Below the pieces are notes generated by a model. The model made no database searches. It was not told the DNA's origin and saw only the letters and a program-made list of their open reading frames with translations. Made by a program: the position numbers and the translations under genes. DNA of 63,951 nucleotides, the filler included. It is 8 parts of 8 records of this genome, joined end to end, with 100 filler letters (N's around TTAATTAATTAA, not from the genome) between each part and the next. Parts side by side here need not be neighbours in the genome. Positions count along the whole stretch, not along the records: positions 60,873 to 63,951 come from SRR20825010_525; 7 more parts are not named here. One strand, written 5' to 3'. Positions 62,333 through 63,951 of the stretch are shown here, one piece after another (the stretch's first letter is position 1; each line of letters starts with the position of its first letter).

Positions 62333-63646
62333 ATGGCCGAAGCGTTGCGTATTGGAATTGCGGGTTTGGGAACCGTAGGCGCTTCCGTCGTGCGTTGCAT
62401 GACGGACAAGGAAGCGGAACTGACCAGGCAATGCGGACGCACAATGGCCCTGACTGCAGTTTCTGCACGTGACCGCAATCGCGACCGCGGCATCGAACTG
62501 GGCAATGCGCAATGGTTTGACGACCCGGTCGAGCTGGCCGGATCCGCCGAGATCGACGTGTTCGTCGAACTGATCGGTGGCGACAGCGGTGCTGCCTATG
62601 ATTCCGTGAAGACGGCATTGGAGGCGGGGCGTCACGTGGTGACGGCGAACAAGGCATTGCTGTCCAAACACGGTGTCGCGCTGGCGGCGATCGCGGAGGA
62701 GAAGGGCGTTCTTCTCAACTACGAAGCCGCAGTGGCCGGCGGCATCCCCGTTATCAAGACCATGCGTGAAGCGCTCGCCGGGAATGAAGTGAGCCGTGTG
62801 TTCGGCATCATGAACGGCACGGCGAACTACATTCTGACACGCATGGAGGAAGAAGGGCTCTCCTTTGAAGACTGTCTCTCAGAAGCGCAGCGCCTTGGAT
62901 ATGCCGAAGCCGATCCCACCTTCGATATCGAGGGACACGACACGGCACATAAACTCTCGATCCTTACGAGTCTCGCTTTCGGCTGTCAGATCTCTGCTGA
63001 CGACATCTACATGGAGGGCATCTCCAATATCAGCCAGGCAGATATCCGGGCTGCGAGCGAACTTGGCTATCGCATCAAGTTGCTGGGCGTCGCCGTCAAG
63101 ACCGAGAGCGGGATCGAGCAACGGGTCCATCCGACGATGGTTCCCACGCACTCGGTGATCGCGCAGGTGCATGGCGTGACCAATGCCGTGGCGATCGAAA
63201 CCGATGTGCTTGGCGAGCTTCTGCTTTCAGGACCTGGCGCAGGCGGAAATGCTACAGCCTCCGCGGTCATCGGCGATATGGCCGACATTGCGAAGAGCCG
63301 CCCGGGTTTTCAGCACGGTCCGGTCTTCGGGCGTCCGGCGGCCAAGCTGAAACCCTACAAGCGGGCGCGAATGCGCTCGCACGAGGGAGGGTACTTCATC
63401 CGTATGACGGTGCATGACCGCGCCGGGGTGTTCGCGGCCATTGCCAAGCGCATGGCCGATAACGAGATTTCGCTCGAATCGATCGTCCAGCATGCCGATG
63501 GCGGCCTGCCGGACGAGCAGAAGAACGTGATTCTCGTCACTCATGAGACAACGGAAGCGGCCGTTCGCAAAGCGGTTGACGGTGTGATGAAGGACGGTCA
63601 TCTCGTGGACAAGCCGCAAGTTATCCGCATCGAGCGGGCAGCCTGA
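62333..63646 (+). CDS. hom: Homoserine dehydrogenase
   Basis: GIAGLGTVG, VVTANKA, YEAAVAGGIP, NGTANYIL, LGYAEADPTFD and a C-terminal ACT domain. Confidence 0.97.
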   Translation: MAEALRIGIAGLGTVGASVVRCMTDKEAELTRQCGRTMALTAVSARDRNRDRGIELGNAQWFDDPVELAGSAEIDVFVELIGGDSGAAYDSVKTALEAGRHVVTANKALLSKHGVALAAIAEEKGVLLNYEAAVAGGIPVIKTMREALAGNEVSRVFGIMNGTANYILTRMEEEGLSFEDCLSEAQRLGYAEADPTFDIEGHDTAHKLSILTSLAFGCQISADDIYMEGISNISQADIRAASELGYRIKLLGVAVKTESGIEQRVHPTMVPTHSVIAQVHGVTNAVAIETDVLGELLLSGPGAGGNATASAVIGDMADIAKSRPGFQHGPVFGRPAAKLKPYKRARMRSHEGGYFIRMTVHDRAGVFAAIAKRMADNEISLESIVQHADGGLPDEQKNVILVTHETTEAAVRKAVDGVMKDGHLVDKPQVIRIERAA

Positions 63647-63783
63647 CGCACATTTCGAGCCTGTCACATTTATTCAATCGATTCATGTTTTTGACGGGGC
63701 GACCGGGGTCTTGCCGTGCCGCGCCGTCTTTGCCACAAGAAGCCGCCGCCCATGGAAGGCGGTGAACATCAGGATCTGGATAC

Positions 63784-63951
63784 ATGTTGAAAGCCACGCA
63801 GGCGGGTCTCGACCGCATACTCACACTGGAACTCGTTCGTGTGACGGAGCGCGCGGCTGTGGCTGCGGCAAGGCTGCGTGGCCGTGGCGACGAAAAAGCG
63901 GCCGATCAGGTTGCCGTGGATGCGATGCGCTCGGAGCTCAACCGCCTGCCG
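63784..63951 (+). CDS. glpX: Class II fructose-1,6-bisphosphatase (5' part)
   Basis: MLKATQAGLDRILTLELVRVTERAAVAAARLRGRGDEKAADQVAVDAMR; not in the ORF track because it runs off the window. Confidence 0.93.
   Translation, partial: MLKATQAGLDRILTLELVRVTERAAVAAARLRGRGDEKAADQVAVDAMRSELNRLP

Overview
The window is not one locus. It holds eight contigs joined by 100-nt N spacers carrying TTAATTAATTAA, so it looks like a metagenome-type concatenation. (1) 1-5190, Alphaproteobacterium: thiC under a TPP riboswitch, class-III aminotransferase with a TetR and a palindromic operator, NRDE, ATP synthase zeta subunit, purB. (2) 5291-10191, AT-rich Bacteroidetes-like: TPR histidine kinase, LytTR regulator and a large secreted protein. 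(3) 10292-32514, Alphaproteobacterium: EPS export cluster (WcaJ-like, Wzc, short OPX, beta-barrel), degenerate GGDEF-EAL protein, regBA, ABC-2 exporter, cobT/cobS/cobC-like, SCO, DapA-family gene, a low-GC two-gene orphan islet and transporters. (4) 32615-35896: acyl-CoA catabolism genes. (5) 35997-40590, Rhodobacteraceae-like: xdhA, LysR, NUDIX, di-heme peroxidase, flavin reductase pseudogene. (6) 40691-48649, Rhodopirellula-like planctomycete: yceI, clpB, dnaK, pheA, with sigma54-type promoter motifs before the chaperones. (7) 48750-60772, planctomycete: DUF1559 plus a small lipoprotein, sulfatases, a DapA-like/epimerase pair, DUF1501 and PSD1. (8) 60873-63951, Rhizobiales-like: aminotransferase, hom, glpX. 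I saw no CRISPR array, tRNA, rRNA or transposase. The best leads are the low-GC islet at 27.0-28.0 kb, the sigma54-type motifs before dnaK and clpB, the sulfatase-flanked aldolase/epimerase pair, and the degenerate EAL protein facing the EPS cluster. All family and taxon calls come from motif recognition by eye, not database searches.
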